Program-made: the position numbers and the translations under genes
Notes under the pieces: generated by a model
What the model was told of the DNA's origin: nothing
The model's database searches: none
Seen by the model: only the letters and a program-made list of their open reading frames with translations
Part shown: positions 32,455-41,911 of the stretch, one piece after another
Layout: each line of letters starts with the position of its first letter
Position numbering within the stretch: position 1 is the stretch's first letter
From: Sulfuritalea sp.
GTDB taxonomy: Bacteria > Pseudomonadota > Gammaproteobacteria > Burkholderiales > Rhodocyclaceae
DNA: 50,072 nt
Assembly: GCA_044344235.1 (NCBI GenBank)
Contig: JBIJDI010000001.1
Coordinates: forward strand, 1-50,072
Direction of reading: 5' to 3'

Positions 32455-33492
32455 TCAGGGCGCCGGATTGTAATAGCGCAAATGCAGCGCCTCGATCTCT
32501 TGCAGAACCTCGTCGGTTAGCGCGCCGGAGCAGCCGGCAATATCCTCGCGCAACTGCTCCATAGTGGTAGCGCCAATGATCGTGCTGGCAACGAAGCCAC
32601 GCGAGGCGACAAAGGCCAGAGCCATCTGTGTCAGCGTCATGCCGTGGCGCCGGGCCACGTCGGCATATGCCGCGACTGCCGGTATTGCATTGACCTTCGA
32701 GTAGCGCTGCGCGAAACCCTGAAATAGCGTCAAGCGGCCCCCGGCCTTTGAATCGGCGAGATACTTACCGGACAGCAACCCGAAGGCGAGCGGTGAGTAC
32801 GCCAGAAGGGAGACGTTCTCGCGAAAACCGATTTCCGCGAGGCCCATTTCCCAGGTCCGATTGAGCAGGCTGTAGGCATTCTGGACCGACACCACGCGAG
32901 GCAATTTGTGCTGTTCCGCCTGATGCAGGAATTGCATCACCCCCCAAGGCGTCTCGTTGGACAAACCGACGCAACGCACCCGGCCTTCCTTGACGAGTTC
33001 CGCCAACGCCGCCAATGTCTCGACCACGGGTACGTAGTCGCGCTCATTGCCGGGATCGAAATGGTACTGACCGAAGATGGGTGTGTTGCGATCCGGCCAA
33101 TGCAGCTGGTACAGATCCACATAGTCGGTTTGCAGGCGCGTGAGCGAAGCTTCGATGGCGGCGCGGATGTTCTTGCGGTTGAACGCCAACTCGCCGTTCC
33201 TGATCCACTTCAAACCGCGTCCCGGCCCGCTGATCTTGGTAGCGAGAACAATCTTGTCTCGTGCCTGTCGTTTCAGCCAGGTGCCGACATAGGTTTCCGT
33301 CTTGCCATAGCTTTCGGCGGTGGGCGGCACCGAATACATCTCCGCCGTGTCGATGAAGTTGATGCCCTGCGCCAGCGCAAAATCGAGCTGCTGATGGGCC
33401 TCGGCCTCGCTGTTCTGGGTGCCAAAGGTCATGGTGCCCAGGCAGATACTGGAAACGGTGAGATCGCTCAGGCCGAGCTTCGTGTAACGCAT
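32455..33492 (-). CDS. tas: NADP(H)-dependent aldo-keto reductase (Tas-like)
   Basis: LGTMTFG, IDTAEMY, LYQLHWP, GLSNETPWG, LLAYSPL. Confidence 0.9.
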   Translation of the reverse strand: MRYTKLGLSDLTVSSICLGTMTFGTQNSEAEAHQQLDFALAQGINFIDTAEMYSVPPTAESYGKTETYVGTWLKRQARDKIVLATKISGPGRGLKWIRNGELAFNRKNIRAAIEASLTRLQTDYVDLYQLHWPDRNTPIFGQYHFDPGNERDYVPVVETLAALAELVKEGRVRCVGLSNETPWGVMQFLHQAEQHKLPRVVSVQNAYSLLNRTWEMGLAEIGFRENVSLLAYSPLAFGLLSGKYLADSKAGGRLTLFQGFAQRYSKVNAIPAVAAYADVARRHGMTLTQMALAFVASRGFVASTIIGATTMEQLREDIAGCSGALTDEVLQEIEALHLRYYNPAP

Positions 33493-33553
33493 GGGCGAAA
33501 CTCCAACTTTTGTCCGGGAGCGCTATTCTATGGGGGTAGGTTCAAAGCAAACA

Positions 33554-33576
33554 AGACCCATTGAGACCCATTGAGA
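33554..33576. repeat. 10-bp tandem direct repeat (AGACCCATTG x2.3)
   Basis: agacccattg-agacccattg-aga between divergent tas and hydrolase genes. Confidence 0.7.
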
Positions 33577-33582
33577 AGCCGC

Positions 33583-34431
33583 ATGCTTACCCCCGAGCAA
33601 CTCGACCGCCAATACAACGCCCGCGCCGCCATCCCGGATCATCCGCAGATATTCGAGAGATGGCGCGTCCAATCGAGCGCAGCCCGCGATGTTCTGCGCT
33701 GCGAGCCGGACTACTATTTCGGCCCATCGCCCGCCGAATCTCTCGACCTCTATCCCGCCACCACGCGCGGCGCACCGCTGCTGGTCTTCATCCACGGCGG
33801 CTACTGGCGCTCCCTCGACAAGCAGGACTTCTCCTTTCTCGCCCCGGCCTTTGTCCGCACAGGAGTTGCCGTGGCCATGCCAAACTACGGCTTGGCCCCT
33901 GCCACCTCGATCGAAGAGATGGTGACGCAGATGCTGCGTGCTTTTGCCTGGATGTATCGCACACTGCCGCAGCTTGGAATCGATACCCAACGCATCGTGG
34001 TCGCCGGGCACTCCGCCGGTGCACACCTCGCCGCCATGATGCTTGCTGCAGACTGGCCGAAGTGGTCAAGAGATCTTCCGCGGGATCTTCTCAAAGGCGC
34101 CGTCTGCGTCTCCGGCATCTACGACCTGCTACCGCTGGTGCGCACGCCCTTCCTGCGCACCGACCTCAATCTTGATGACAAGACGGCCCGGCATGTCAGC
34201 CCTGTCCAGTATCGACCTGGACTCGCCACGCCCCTGATCACCGCTGTCGGCGCTGACGAGAGCGAAGAATTCCGGAGGCAAAACCGCCTTATTCGCGAGG
34301 CTTGGCCGCAATGCTTCCACCGCGATCTGCCCCTGCCCGGCCGCCATCACCTGGCGAGCGTCGAGGCGCTGGGAGATCCTGATCATCCATTGTTTCATGC
34401 CACGCTGCGCCTATTAGGAAAGACACCATGA
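33583..34431 (+). CDS. Alpha/beta hydrolase, arylformamidase (kynurenine formamidase)-like
   Basis: FIHGGYW oxyanion motif, GHSAG nucleophile elbow, SGIYDL, ESEEF. Confidence 0.88.
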   Translation: MLTPEQLDRQYNARAAIPDHPQIFERWRVQSSAARDVLRCEPDYYFGPSPAESLDLYPATTRGAPLLVFIHGGYWRSLDKQDFSFLAPAFVRTGVAVAMPNYGLAPATSIEEMVTQMLRAFAWMYRTLPQLGIDTQRIVVAGHSAGAHLAAMMLAADWPKWSRDLPRDLLKGAVCVSGIYDLLPLVRTPFLRTDLNLDDKTARHVSPVQYRPGLATPLITAVGADESEEFRRQNRLIREAWPQCFHRDLPLPGRHHLASVEALGDPDHPLFHATLRLLGKTP

Positions 34432-35129
34432 AAACTGTCGCTGCCCTTCTCATCGTCCTCGCCGCCATCATCGGTGCTGTAGTGTTCTGGCTGTCAGGCA
34501 ACATGGATTCCCTGATGAAGACTGCGATCGGGGACTACGGCGGCGCGATGACGCAGGCCAAGGTCAGCGTCGGCGCCGTCAAGATCGCTCCTGTCGACGG
34601 CAAGGGTACGATCAGCAATCTCCTAATCGGCAATCCGGCTGGATTCAAGACAGCCTACGCGATCAAGGTTGGCCAGATCGACGTCGACATCGACGTCGCC
34701 TCGGTTGCGCGGGACGTCATCGTCATCCGCCACATTGCCATCAATGCTCCCGACGTGATCTACGAGAAGGGCGACGTGATGACCAACTTCGACGCCATCC
34801 AGAAGAATATCGCGAGCTACCTCGGCCCCGCCGACAGCAAAAAGGAAGGCAAAAAGCTGATTGTCGAAGAACTCACCATCCGCGACGCGAAGGCGCAGGC
34901 CAGCGCCGCCTTCATGAACGGCAAAACGGTCAACGTGTCGCTGCCGGACATCACCCTGAGGAACCTGGGCAAGGCCAAAGGCGGCATCAGCCCCGGCGAA
35001 CTGGGACAGGAAATCGCGGGTGCATTGAAGGCGAAGCTGACCAGTGCGGTGAGTTTCGACCGGCTGATGAAATCCACCGGCGAAGCGCTTGAAAAGGCGG
35101 GGTCGGCCGTCAAAGGCTTGTTCAAATAG
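34428..35129 (+). CDS. Hypothetical membrane-anchored protein (AsmA N-terminal-like)
   Basis: N-terminal TM; IGNPAGF motif and beta-rich body; ATGA overlap with hydrolase. Confidence 0.75.
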   Translation: MKTVAALLIVLAAIIGAVVFWLSGNMDSLMKTAIGDYGGAMTQAKVSVGAVKIAPVDGKGTISNLLIGNPAGFKTAYAIKVGQIDVDIDVASVARDVIVIRHIAINAPDVIYEKGDVMTNFDAIQKNIASYLGPADSKKEGKKLIVEELTIRDAKAQASAAFMNGKTVNVSLPDITLRNLGKAKGGISPGELGQEIAGALKAKLTSAVSFDRLMKSTGEALEKAGSAVKGLFK

Positions 35130-35152
35130 GCTTCGGCACGGCGAGCCGCGCC

Positions 35153-36889
35153 TTATCGAAACTTCTTCTGGGCCAGCAAGGCTCCTGCATCGGTGGCCGG
35201 CAAAGGCTTGCTGAACAGATAGCCCTGCGCATTCTCACAGCCGAGGCCGGCAAGGAATTCGAGATGCTCGGTGGTCTCGACGCCTTCAGCGATCACGATC
35301 ATGCCAAAACTGTGAGCCATCGCCACTACCGCGCGAGTGATGGCGGCATCGCCCGGATCGGTGGTGATATTGCGCACGAAAGACTGGTCCACCTTCAGCG
35401 CATCGAGCGGGAAACGCTTGAGATAGGAAAGCGAGGAATAGCCGGTGCCAAAATCGTCCATGGCAAGCGCAATGCCCAGCTTCTTAAATGCGGTCAGCAT
35501 CATCACCGTGCGTTCCAGGCCCTGCATGGCGATGCTCTCGGTGATTTCCAGTTCGAGCGATGCCGGCGGCAGACCGGATTCTTCGAGCGCGTCAATCACC
35601 GTAGCCATGAGTTCGTCGTCGGCAAACTGACGCGCTGAAAGATTGACCGCCATGCGCAAAGGGCCGTGACCCGCATCCAGCCATGTTTTGGCCTGATGGC
35701 AGGCCTGATTCAGCGCCCAGGCGCCCATCTCGACAATGACGCCGCTCTCCTCCGCGATGGGAATGAATTCGACCGGCGAGATGAAACCAAGCTCGGGATG
35801 CTGCCAGCGCATCAGCGCCTCGAAGCCGATGATGCGACGACTGGCAATATCGACTTGCGCCTGATAGTGGAGGCTGAGTTCATTGCGCTCCAGCGCCTTG
35901 TGCAGTTCGTTGTGAAGTCGCAGCCGGCGCACTCCACGATCATTCATTTCGGCTGAGAAAAAGCTCAGGCTTCCCGGTCCTCCCTGCTGCGCTTGATGTA
36001 GCGCCGCATCGGCGTTGCGCATCAGATCCTCGGGAGCGCTCTTGCCAGCATCGAGCAGAGCCACCCCGGCACAGGCCTTGAGAAACAACTGCTGGGCCTC
36101 TGCCTGATAGGGACGCTCCACCGTCGCCAGCAACTCGCGGCAAAGCGAGTCGAGGTAAGCGTCGTCGCCAAAGCCCTCCAGCAGGATCGCAAACTGCTCA
36201 CCAGAGACACGCCCGACGCCGTCGAACTCGCTGACAAAAACCGCCTGATTGACCTGCCTGAACAGTCGATCCGCCACTTCGCGCAATACGACGTCACCGC
36301 TTTCATGCCCGAGCGAATCATTGACCTGACTCAGGCCGTCGAGCCCAAGCATGATCAGCGCCAGGCGCGAGTTGCTCCGCTGCGACTGATGACTGGCAGC
36401 TCGCACGCGCTCCAGCATCAATCTGCGATTCGGCAAGTTGGTCAGCGCATCGAAATGCAACAGGCGCTGCGCCTCGGCCTGCAATCGCTGTGCCGCCAAC
36501 CCTTCCGTGGCGCGCCGCGCCAAACGGGCGCGCACGGCGGCGAGCAGTTCATCGCGCTGGAAAGGCTTGACCAGATAATCGTCGGCACCGAGATTCATGC
36601 CCGTCCGCAAGTCGCTGCGGTCCGCCCGTGCGGTCAGAAATACAAATGGGGTTGAAGACGTCAACGGGTCATCGCGCACCGCCTGCAGCAGTCCATGGCC
36701 ATCCAGCACCGGCATCATGACGTCCGACAGGATCAGCGCCGGCAAGTGCTCTCGCACCAGTGCCAGCGCCTCTTTACCGTTGGCCGCCGCCGCGACGTCG
36801 AAGCCCTCTATCCGGAGCATCCGCGCGAGGTTCTCGCGAATTGCATCCTCGTCTTCGGCAACAACGATTCTCACGCGCTCCGCGCTCAC
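35153..36889 (-). CDS. Response regulator: REC-GGDEF(degenerate)-EAL, probable c-di-GMP phosphodiesterase
   Basis: REC (AEDE, SDVMMP, KPF); GGDEF replaced by SGEQF; intact FEAL, ELEITE, DDFGTGYSS, KVD, AEGVE; GTG start at 36889. Confidence 0.92.
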   Translation of the reverse strand: MSAERVRIVVAEDEDAIRENLARMLRIEGFDVAAAANGKEALALVREHLPALILSDVMMPVLDGHGLLQAVRDDPLTSSTPFVFLTARADRSDLRTGMNLGADDYLVKPFQRDELLAAVRARLARRATEGLAAQRLQAEAQRLLHFDALTNLPNRRLMLERVRAASHQSQRSNSRLALIMLGLDGLSQVNDSLGHESGDVVLREVADRLFRQVNQAVFVSEFDGVGRVSGEQFAILLEGFGDDAYLDSLCRELLATVERPYQAEAQQLFLKACAGVALLDAGKSAPEDLMRNADAALHQAQQGGPGSLSFFSAEMNDRGVRRLRLHNELHKALERNELSLHYQAQVDIASRRIIGFEALMRWQHPELGFISPVEFIPIAEESGVIVEMGAWALNQACHQAKTWLDAGHGPLRMAVNLSARQFADDELMATVIDALEESGLPPASLELEITESIAMQGLERTVMMLTAFKKLGIALAMDDFGTGYSSLSYLKRFPLDALKVDQSFVRNITTDPGDAAITRAVVAMAHSFGMIVIAEGVETTEHLEFLAGLGCENAQGYLFSKPLPATDAGALLAQKKFR

Positions 36890-36893
36890 CCTC

Positions 36894-37286
36894 TCACCCT
36901 TGATCCTTGGCGGTGCCCAGTTTTTGCTCGATGATGGTTCCCAGCACCGCCAAACTGAACGGCTTGGTGACGTACTCGTTGGCACCCAGCAGAAAACCCA
37001 GGCGGGCATCTTCAACGTCGACGTTGGCCGTCAGGAAAATGAAGGGTACACCTGCCGTCGCCGGTTCCGCGCGGAGCCGCGCGAGAACCCCGAAGCCGTC
37101 TATTCCCGGCATCATCAGATCGCACAGTATCAGGTCGGGTGGCGAGCGCAGCGCCGCCTGTATGCCGCGCTCGCCATCTTCCGCCTCGCTCGGCAGATAG
37201 CCCTCGAGCCTCAGGAAGCGAACAACGTTCTCCCGCACAGAAGCCTCATCATCAATGACCAGAATCCGGAAGCGTCGAGGGTTCAT
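36894..37286 (-). CDS. Single-domain response regulator (receiver)
   Basis: ILVIDDE, LILCDLMMP, FLTA, TKPF. Confidence 0.92.
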   Translation of the reverse strand: MNPRRFRILVIDDEASVRENVVRFLRLEGYLPSEAEDGERGIQAALRSPPDLILCDLMMPGIDGFGVLARLRAEPATAGVPFIFLTANVDVEDARLGFLLGANEYVTKPFSLAVLGTIIEQKLGTAKDQG

Positions 37287-37498
37287 TTTGCATCTCCCAA
37301 ACGGCGGCGAATCAACGCCGCCAGCTGTAGCAGGTTGAAAGGCGTGGTTACATACTCGTTGGCACGCAATTCCCGTCCGTGCTCGAAGCTTTCGACCTCG
37401 GCGCTGGCGGTGAGGAACACGAATGGTACCGCGGCGGCGCGGGGATCAACAGGGAGTCCGGGCATCATCACGTCGCAGATGATCAGGGTGCTCGCCAT
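37283..37498 (-). pseudogene. Truncated receiver domain (71 aa) with two in-frame deletions
   Basis: MASTLIICDVMMPGLPVDPRAAAVPFVFLTA...NEYVTTPF lacks the acidic pocket segment, helix 3 and the conserved Lys; still coupled to the kinase stop and the next start. Confidence 0.65.
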
Positions 37499-37499
37499 G

Positions 37500-40148
37500 T
37501 CAAACCTCCACGCGCGGCAGCCGTACTGAAAACCGGGTTCCCTCGCCCACCTCGCTCTCGACCGCGATGTTGCCACCGTGCAGCGCGACCGCGCGCTTGA
37601 CGATCGCCAGGCCCAGCCCGGTCCCCGAAATATTGCCCACATTCCCCGCGCGATGGAAAGTCTCGAACAATCGCGGCATGTCTTCGGCCGGAATGCCGAT
37701 GCCCTGGTCGGCCACGACAAGAACCAGGTCGTCGCCCTCCGACCCCACGGTCAGCCGGACCCGGTCGCCCGCGCCCGAGTACTTGAAGGCATTGCCGATC
37801 AGGTTGCCAAGGATATGCCGCAGCAGTTTCTCGTCCAGCATCAATTCCGCTTCGGCCCAGCTGAAATGGATATCCAGACGCTGCATCCCCGACCCACCGG
37901 AACTAGCCGCCCGCGCCGCTTCCGCGGCCAATTCGACGCAGAGTTCCTGCGCCTTGCAGGCAACCGGGCTGAACTCAAGGTTGCCGGAATCGGCGCGACC
38001 GATCATCAGGACGCCATCGAGCATTTTTGTCATGCGCGCTACCGCGCTTTCTATGCTGCCAAGCACCTCAAGCTTCTCCTCGTCCGGCAGGCGGTCGCTG
38101 TAGTAACGCAATAGCTCTGCCGAGGAGAGGATGGTCGCCAGCGGCGTACGGAATTCGTGCGAGGTCATCGAGACGAACTGGCTTTTCAACTCAGTGAGTT
38201 CCACCTGCTGCGCCAGAGCACGCCGGATGTCCTGCTCCGCCTGATGCCGCTGGGTCACGTCGACAAAGGTCCAGATGGTGCCCCGCTTCATGTCCTGCCC
38301 ATCAACCGCCTTGCCGAACAGCTGAATCCAGATCAGCGCCCCCTCCTTGCGCCGCATCTGGCATTCAGTGGCGTAGGATTCACCGCGTCGCAGAACCGGA
38401 TAGGCTTCGGTGCCGATCTTGTTCCAGCTGACATCGTCGGGGAAATGGATCCGGCTCGACACCCCCAGCAGTTCGTCTTCGCTGAACCCCATCATGTCGG
38501 CGAATGTCCGGTTAACCCACTGATGATGTCGATCGACCGACAGCGTGATGCCGATCTGGGTGCTTTGCAGAATTGCATCCTGCTCGGCCGTCTTTCGGCG
38601 CAGTGCGTCCGCGAGTTTCTTGCGCCGATTGATGTCGAGCACCACCCATACCGTGCCCTGTCCCAGATCGTGCTGATTCACCGCCCGACCCGACAGATTC
38701 ACCCAAAACAGGGCGCCGCTTGCACGGCGCATCTGCAACTCGCACTCATAGGCGCGGCCGTCGTGAACAGCGGCGGAAACCTCGGCGCCGATCCTCAGGT
38801 ACTCCTCGCGCGAGGGATAGTAGGGCTCCAGCGATTCACCGACGGGCAACTCCCGCTCCAGCGCAAAAATCTGCTGCATGGCCGTGTTGGCCCAGCGCAC
38901 CCGTCCCTTCGCATCGAGAAAGGCAATGCCCATCACCGAGGCCTCGAGTATCGTCTCGCGCTCTGCCAGCGCGCGCTGCAAATTGTTCTCGAGCTGACGC
39001 TGCCGGGTAATGTCATGGATAAAAGCCAGCGTTGCAGGCATTCCTTCCCATTCCACCTGCACCGTGCTGCCTTCGACCCAGACTGTTTCGCTGCTCTTGC
39101 TGCGCAAGCGGAAGCTCATCACCTGTTGCGAGCCGGATCCCATCTGCAAATGGCGACGCGCGACATTCGCCATCAACTCCCGGTCGGCCGGCTCCACGCA
39201 CTCGAGGAAACTCGGCAAGGCCAGCATTTCCTCGTGGCTGAAGCCCACCATGTCGAGCATGCGCGGATTGGCGAGACACACACGGTTGCTGCGAACAATC
39301 ACGATCCCCACCGGAGCGCCTTCGATAACGCTCCGATAGCGTCCCTCGGAGCGACGCAGCGCCTCCTCTGCCTCCTTGCGCCGGGTGATGTCGGAAACGA
39401 AGGACAGGGTTGCCGGGGCACCGTCCCAGACGATCATCACGGCGGCCAGTTCCACCCAGAGCAGCCTGCCGCCGGGCGTGACGATGCGGAATTCGTAGCG
39501 CGGCTCGATCTCCTCGCCACGCTGCCGACGCTGGTGGCGGTCGAACACATTTTCCCGATCGGCTTCGTGGATCAGGGGCACAAATTCCAGCCCGACGATC
39601 TCATCGGGCCGATAACCGGTAATTTCCAGGGCTGCCGGATTGGCGAAGCGAAATCGCCCATCCTGTACCACGATGATGCCGACGCTCACGTTCTCGATTA
39701 CTTGCCGGTAGCGCTCCTCCGATCGCTGCAGCGCCTGATCGGTACGGTCGAACTCGGCGGCCTGCTCGCGCTGGCGAACCGTGTGCGCCTCGATGTCGGT
39801 GAAAATCAGCATCGCACAGCGGCTGCCATCAGCCCGCGAAATGGCTTTGGCGTCAAGCTGTACGGTGAGCAGGCTTCCGTCCCTGCGCAGAAGGCGCCAC
39901 TCTCTGACCTCCTGCGGAGAGTCGGCCAGAAGCGCCGACAGCAAGCTCTCATGCTGCGCAGCAATCTCCGGCGGTGCAACCTGCGCCCAGGGCTGTCCTT
40001 GCAGTTCCTCTGCTTCGCGACCTACCATGCGGCAGAACGCAGAATTGAAGCGAATCAATCGTCCATCGGCGGCAATAAAGCAGACTCCGACGCCCGTCGC
40101 CTCAAACGCCGCGCTAAGCAAGTCATCCACATCGCCCATGACGCCCAT
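37500..40148 (-). CDS. Cytoplasmic multi-PAS (about 5) sensor histidine kinase
   Basis: Five PAS/PAC repeats ending in D[IV][TEN] motifs; SHEFRTPL H-box; NLIGNAFKY, DQGIGI, GTGLGL; no TM segments. Confidence 0.95.
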   Translation of the reverse strand: MGVMGDVDDLLSAAFEATGVGVCFIAADGRLIRFNSAFCRMVGREAEELQGQPWAQVAPPEIAAQHESLLSALLADSPQEVREWRLLRRDGSLLTVQLDAKAISRADGSRCAMLIFTDIEAHTVRQREQAAEFDRTDQALQRSEERYRQVIENVSVGIIVVQDGRFRFANPAALEITGYRPDEIVGLEFVPLIHEADRENVFDRHQRRQRGEEIEPRYEFRIVTPGGRLLWVELAAVMIVWDGAPATLSFVSDITRRKEAEEALRRSEGRYRSVIEGAPVGIVIVRSNRVCLANPRMLDMVGFSHEEMLALPSFLECVEPADRELMANVARRHLQMGSGSQQVMSFRLRSKSSETVWVEGSTVQVEWEGMPATLAFIHDITRQRQLENNLQRALAERETILEASVMGIAFLDAKGRVRWANTAMQQIFALERELPVGESLEPYYPSREEYLRIGAEVSAAVHDGRAYECELQMRRASGALFWVNLSGRAVNQHDLGQGTVWVVLDINRRKKLADALRRKTAEQDAILQSTQIGITLSVDRHHQWVNRTFADMMGFSEDELLGVSSRIHFPDDVSWNKIGTEAYPVLRRGESYATECQMRRKEGALIWIQLFGKAVDGQDMKRGTIWTFVDVTQRHQAEQDIRRALAQQVELTELKSQFVSMTSHEFRTPLATILSSAELLRYYSDRLPDEEKLEVLGSIESAVARMTKMLDGVLMIGRADSGNLEFSPVACKAQELCVELAAEAARAASSGGSGMQRLDIHFSWAEAELMLDEKLLRHILGNLIGNAFKYSGAGDRVRLTVGSEGDDLVLVVADQGIGIPAEDMPRLFETFHRAGNVGNISGTGLGLAIVKRAVALHGGNIAVESEVGEGTRFSVRLPRVEV

Positions 40149-40180
40149 TGCACTGGTCTCTCGGTCCGCCGCAAATAGCC

Positions 40181-40196
40181 TGTGATTTTAACCACA
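40181..40196. promoter_or_regulatory. CRP-like binding site
   Basis: TGTGA-TTTTAA-CCACA (9/10 match to TGTGA-N6-TCACA) between divergent kinase and rhlE. Confidence 0.5.
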
Positions 40197-40368
40197 TATG
40201 CCAGCCGCCCGTTTCAGGCGGCCATCGCGGCCAGGTGCCGCCTGTAATACAATACGTGCCTAGCGCCCTGCCGGTTGGCGCCCGATTCGGCATTCTGCCG
40301 CATATCCCTCAAGCGCTTCGCCGCCTGAACCGGTTCCCCGCGAGGGGCAGGCCGATTCAGGAGTTCAA

Positions 40369-41895
40369 TTGAACGCGACCACAGAAAACATCACCCAATC
40401 CCCCGACGGACCCCAGGACGACAGCGCAACCGCCGTAGCGCGAGCGCCGACTTTTGACGAACTCGGCCTCTTGCCCGAGTTGCTGCGTGCCGTCAAAGAC
40501 AACGGCTACACCACCCCGACGCCGATCCAGATTCAGGCCATTCCGATCATCCTGGCCGGCAAGGATGTCATGGGCGGGGCGCAAACCGGCACCGGCAAGA
40601 CCGCCGGCTTCACCCTGCCGCTACTGCAACGCCTGGCGCGCCACGCCAGCAGTTCGCCCTCGCCCGCGCGCCATCCGGTCCGTGCGCTGATCCTCGCGCC
40701 GACGCGCGAACTGGCGATGCAGGTGCATCAAAGCGTGGTCACCTACAGCAAACACCTGCCGCTGCGCTCCGTATGCATCTATGGCGGCGTCGATATCCGG
40801 CCGCAGATCGCCGAACTTCGCGAAGGGCGCGAGATCGTGGTCGCCACGCCGGGCCGGCTGCTCGACCACGTGCAGCAAAAGAGCGTGACCTTCAACTTCG
40901 TCGAGGTGCTGGTGCTCGACGAAGCCGACCGCATGCTCGATATGGGCTTCATCCCCGACATCAAGCGCATCCTCGCCATGCTGCCGAAAGAACGGCAGAG
41001 CCTGCTGTTCTCGGCCACCTTCTCCAACGAGATAAAGAACCTCGCCGACAACATGCTGAAGGCGCCGCAACTGATTGAAGTCGCGCGCCGCAACATGGTG
41101 ACCGAAACCGTGACGCACCGCGTATACCCGGTGGCGTCCGACCTCAAGCGCAGCCTGCTGGTGCATCTGCTGACGCATGACGATGAAAATGCCAAGCAGG
41201 TGCTGGTCTTCGTCGGCACCAAGTTCGGCGCCAGCCGGCTGGCGGTCTACCTCGAGCGCCAGGGCATCGCTGCCGACGCCATTCACGGCGACAAGAGCCA
41301 GCAGCAGCGGACCGAGGCGCTGGAAGGCTTCAAGTCCGGCAAGATCCGTGTGCTGGTCGCCACCGATGTCGCCGCGCGCGGCCTCGACATTGACGACCTG
41401 CCCCACGTCATCAACTACGAGTTGCCGCACACCGCGGAAGACTATATCCATCGCATCGGCCGCACCGGTCGCGCCGGCAAGCTGGGCAACGCCACCTCGC
41501 TGTTCGCCCCCGAGGAAACACAGCGCCTGACCGATATCGAAAAGCTGATCAAGCGCAAGATAGAGCGCGTCGAGATCACCGGCTTCAATCTTGGCACTGC
41601 AACGCCCGAACGCGAGCATGGTCGCGAACGCACTGGCGGCGGTCATCGCCGCGAGCACGAAGACAAGCGCCGCGAACGCGAAGTCAAACAGCACGACCGC
41701 CGGCCGCCGCCACACCTGCCGGCGCCCGCGGCCCATGTGCCGCGACTCGACCCGCGCCTGCCCAAGCTCGATTTCGACCCGAACAAACCTTACGTCGGCA
41801 AAGCCGGTCCAGTCGAAATCGGCGCCGAGAAGCCCGCGCCGACTCGTCCGCAGCGACCCGTAGCGGCACTGCTCGGCGGCTTCGGCAAGAAATAG
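40369..41895 (+). CDS. rhlE: ATP-dependent DEAD-box RNA helicase
   Basis: Q motif, AQTGTGKT, PTRELA, DEAD, SAT, HRIGRTGRAG; TTG start with SD CAGGAG. Confidence 0.93.
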   Translation: MNATTENITQSPDGPQDDSATAVARAPTFDELGLLPELLRAVKDNGYTTPTPIQIQAIPIILAGKDVMGGAQTGTGKTAGFTLPLLQRLARHASSSPSPARHPVRALILAPTRELAMQVHQSVVTYSKHLPLRSVCIYGGVDIRPQIAELREGREIVVATPGRLLDHVQQKSVTFNFVEVLVLDEADRMLDMGFIPDIKRILAMLPKERQSLLFSATFSNEIKNLADNMLKAPQLIEVARRNMVTETVTHRVYPVASDLKRSLLVHLLTHDDENAKQVLVFVGTKFGASRLAVYLERQGIAADAIHGDKSQQQRTEALEGFKSGKIRVLVATDVAARGLDIDDLPHVINYELPHTAEDYIHRIGRTGRAGKLGNATSLFAPEETQRLTDIEKLIKRKIERVEITGFNLGTATPEREHGRERTGGGHRREHEDKRREREVKQHDRRPPPHLPAPAAHVPRLDPRLPKLDFDPNKPYVGKAGPVEIGAEKPAPTRPQRPVAALLGGFGKK

Positions 41896-41911
41896 CCCGA
41901 CGCGATCGGCC

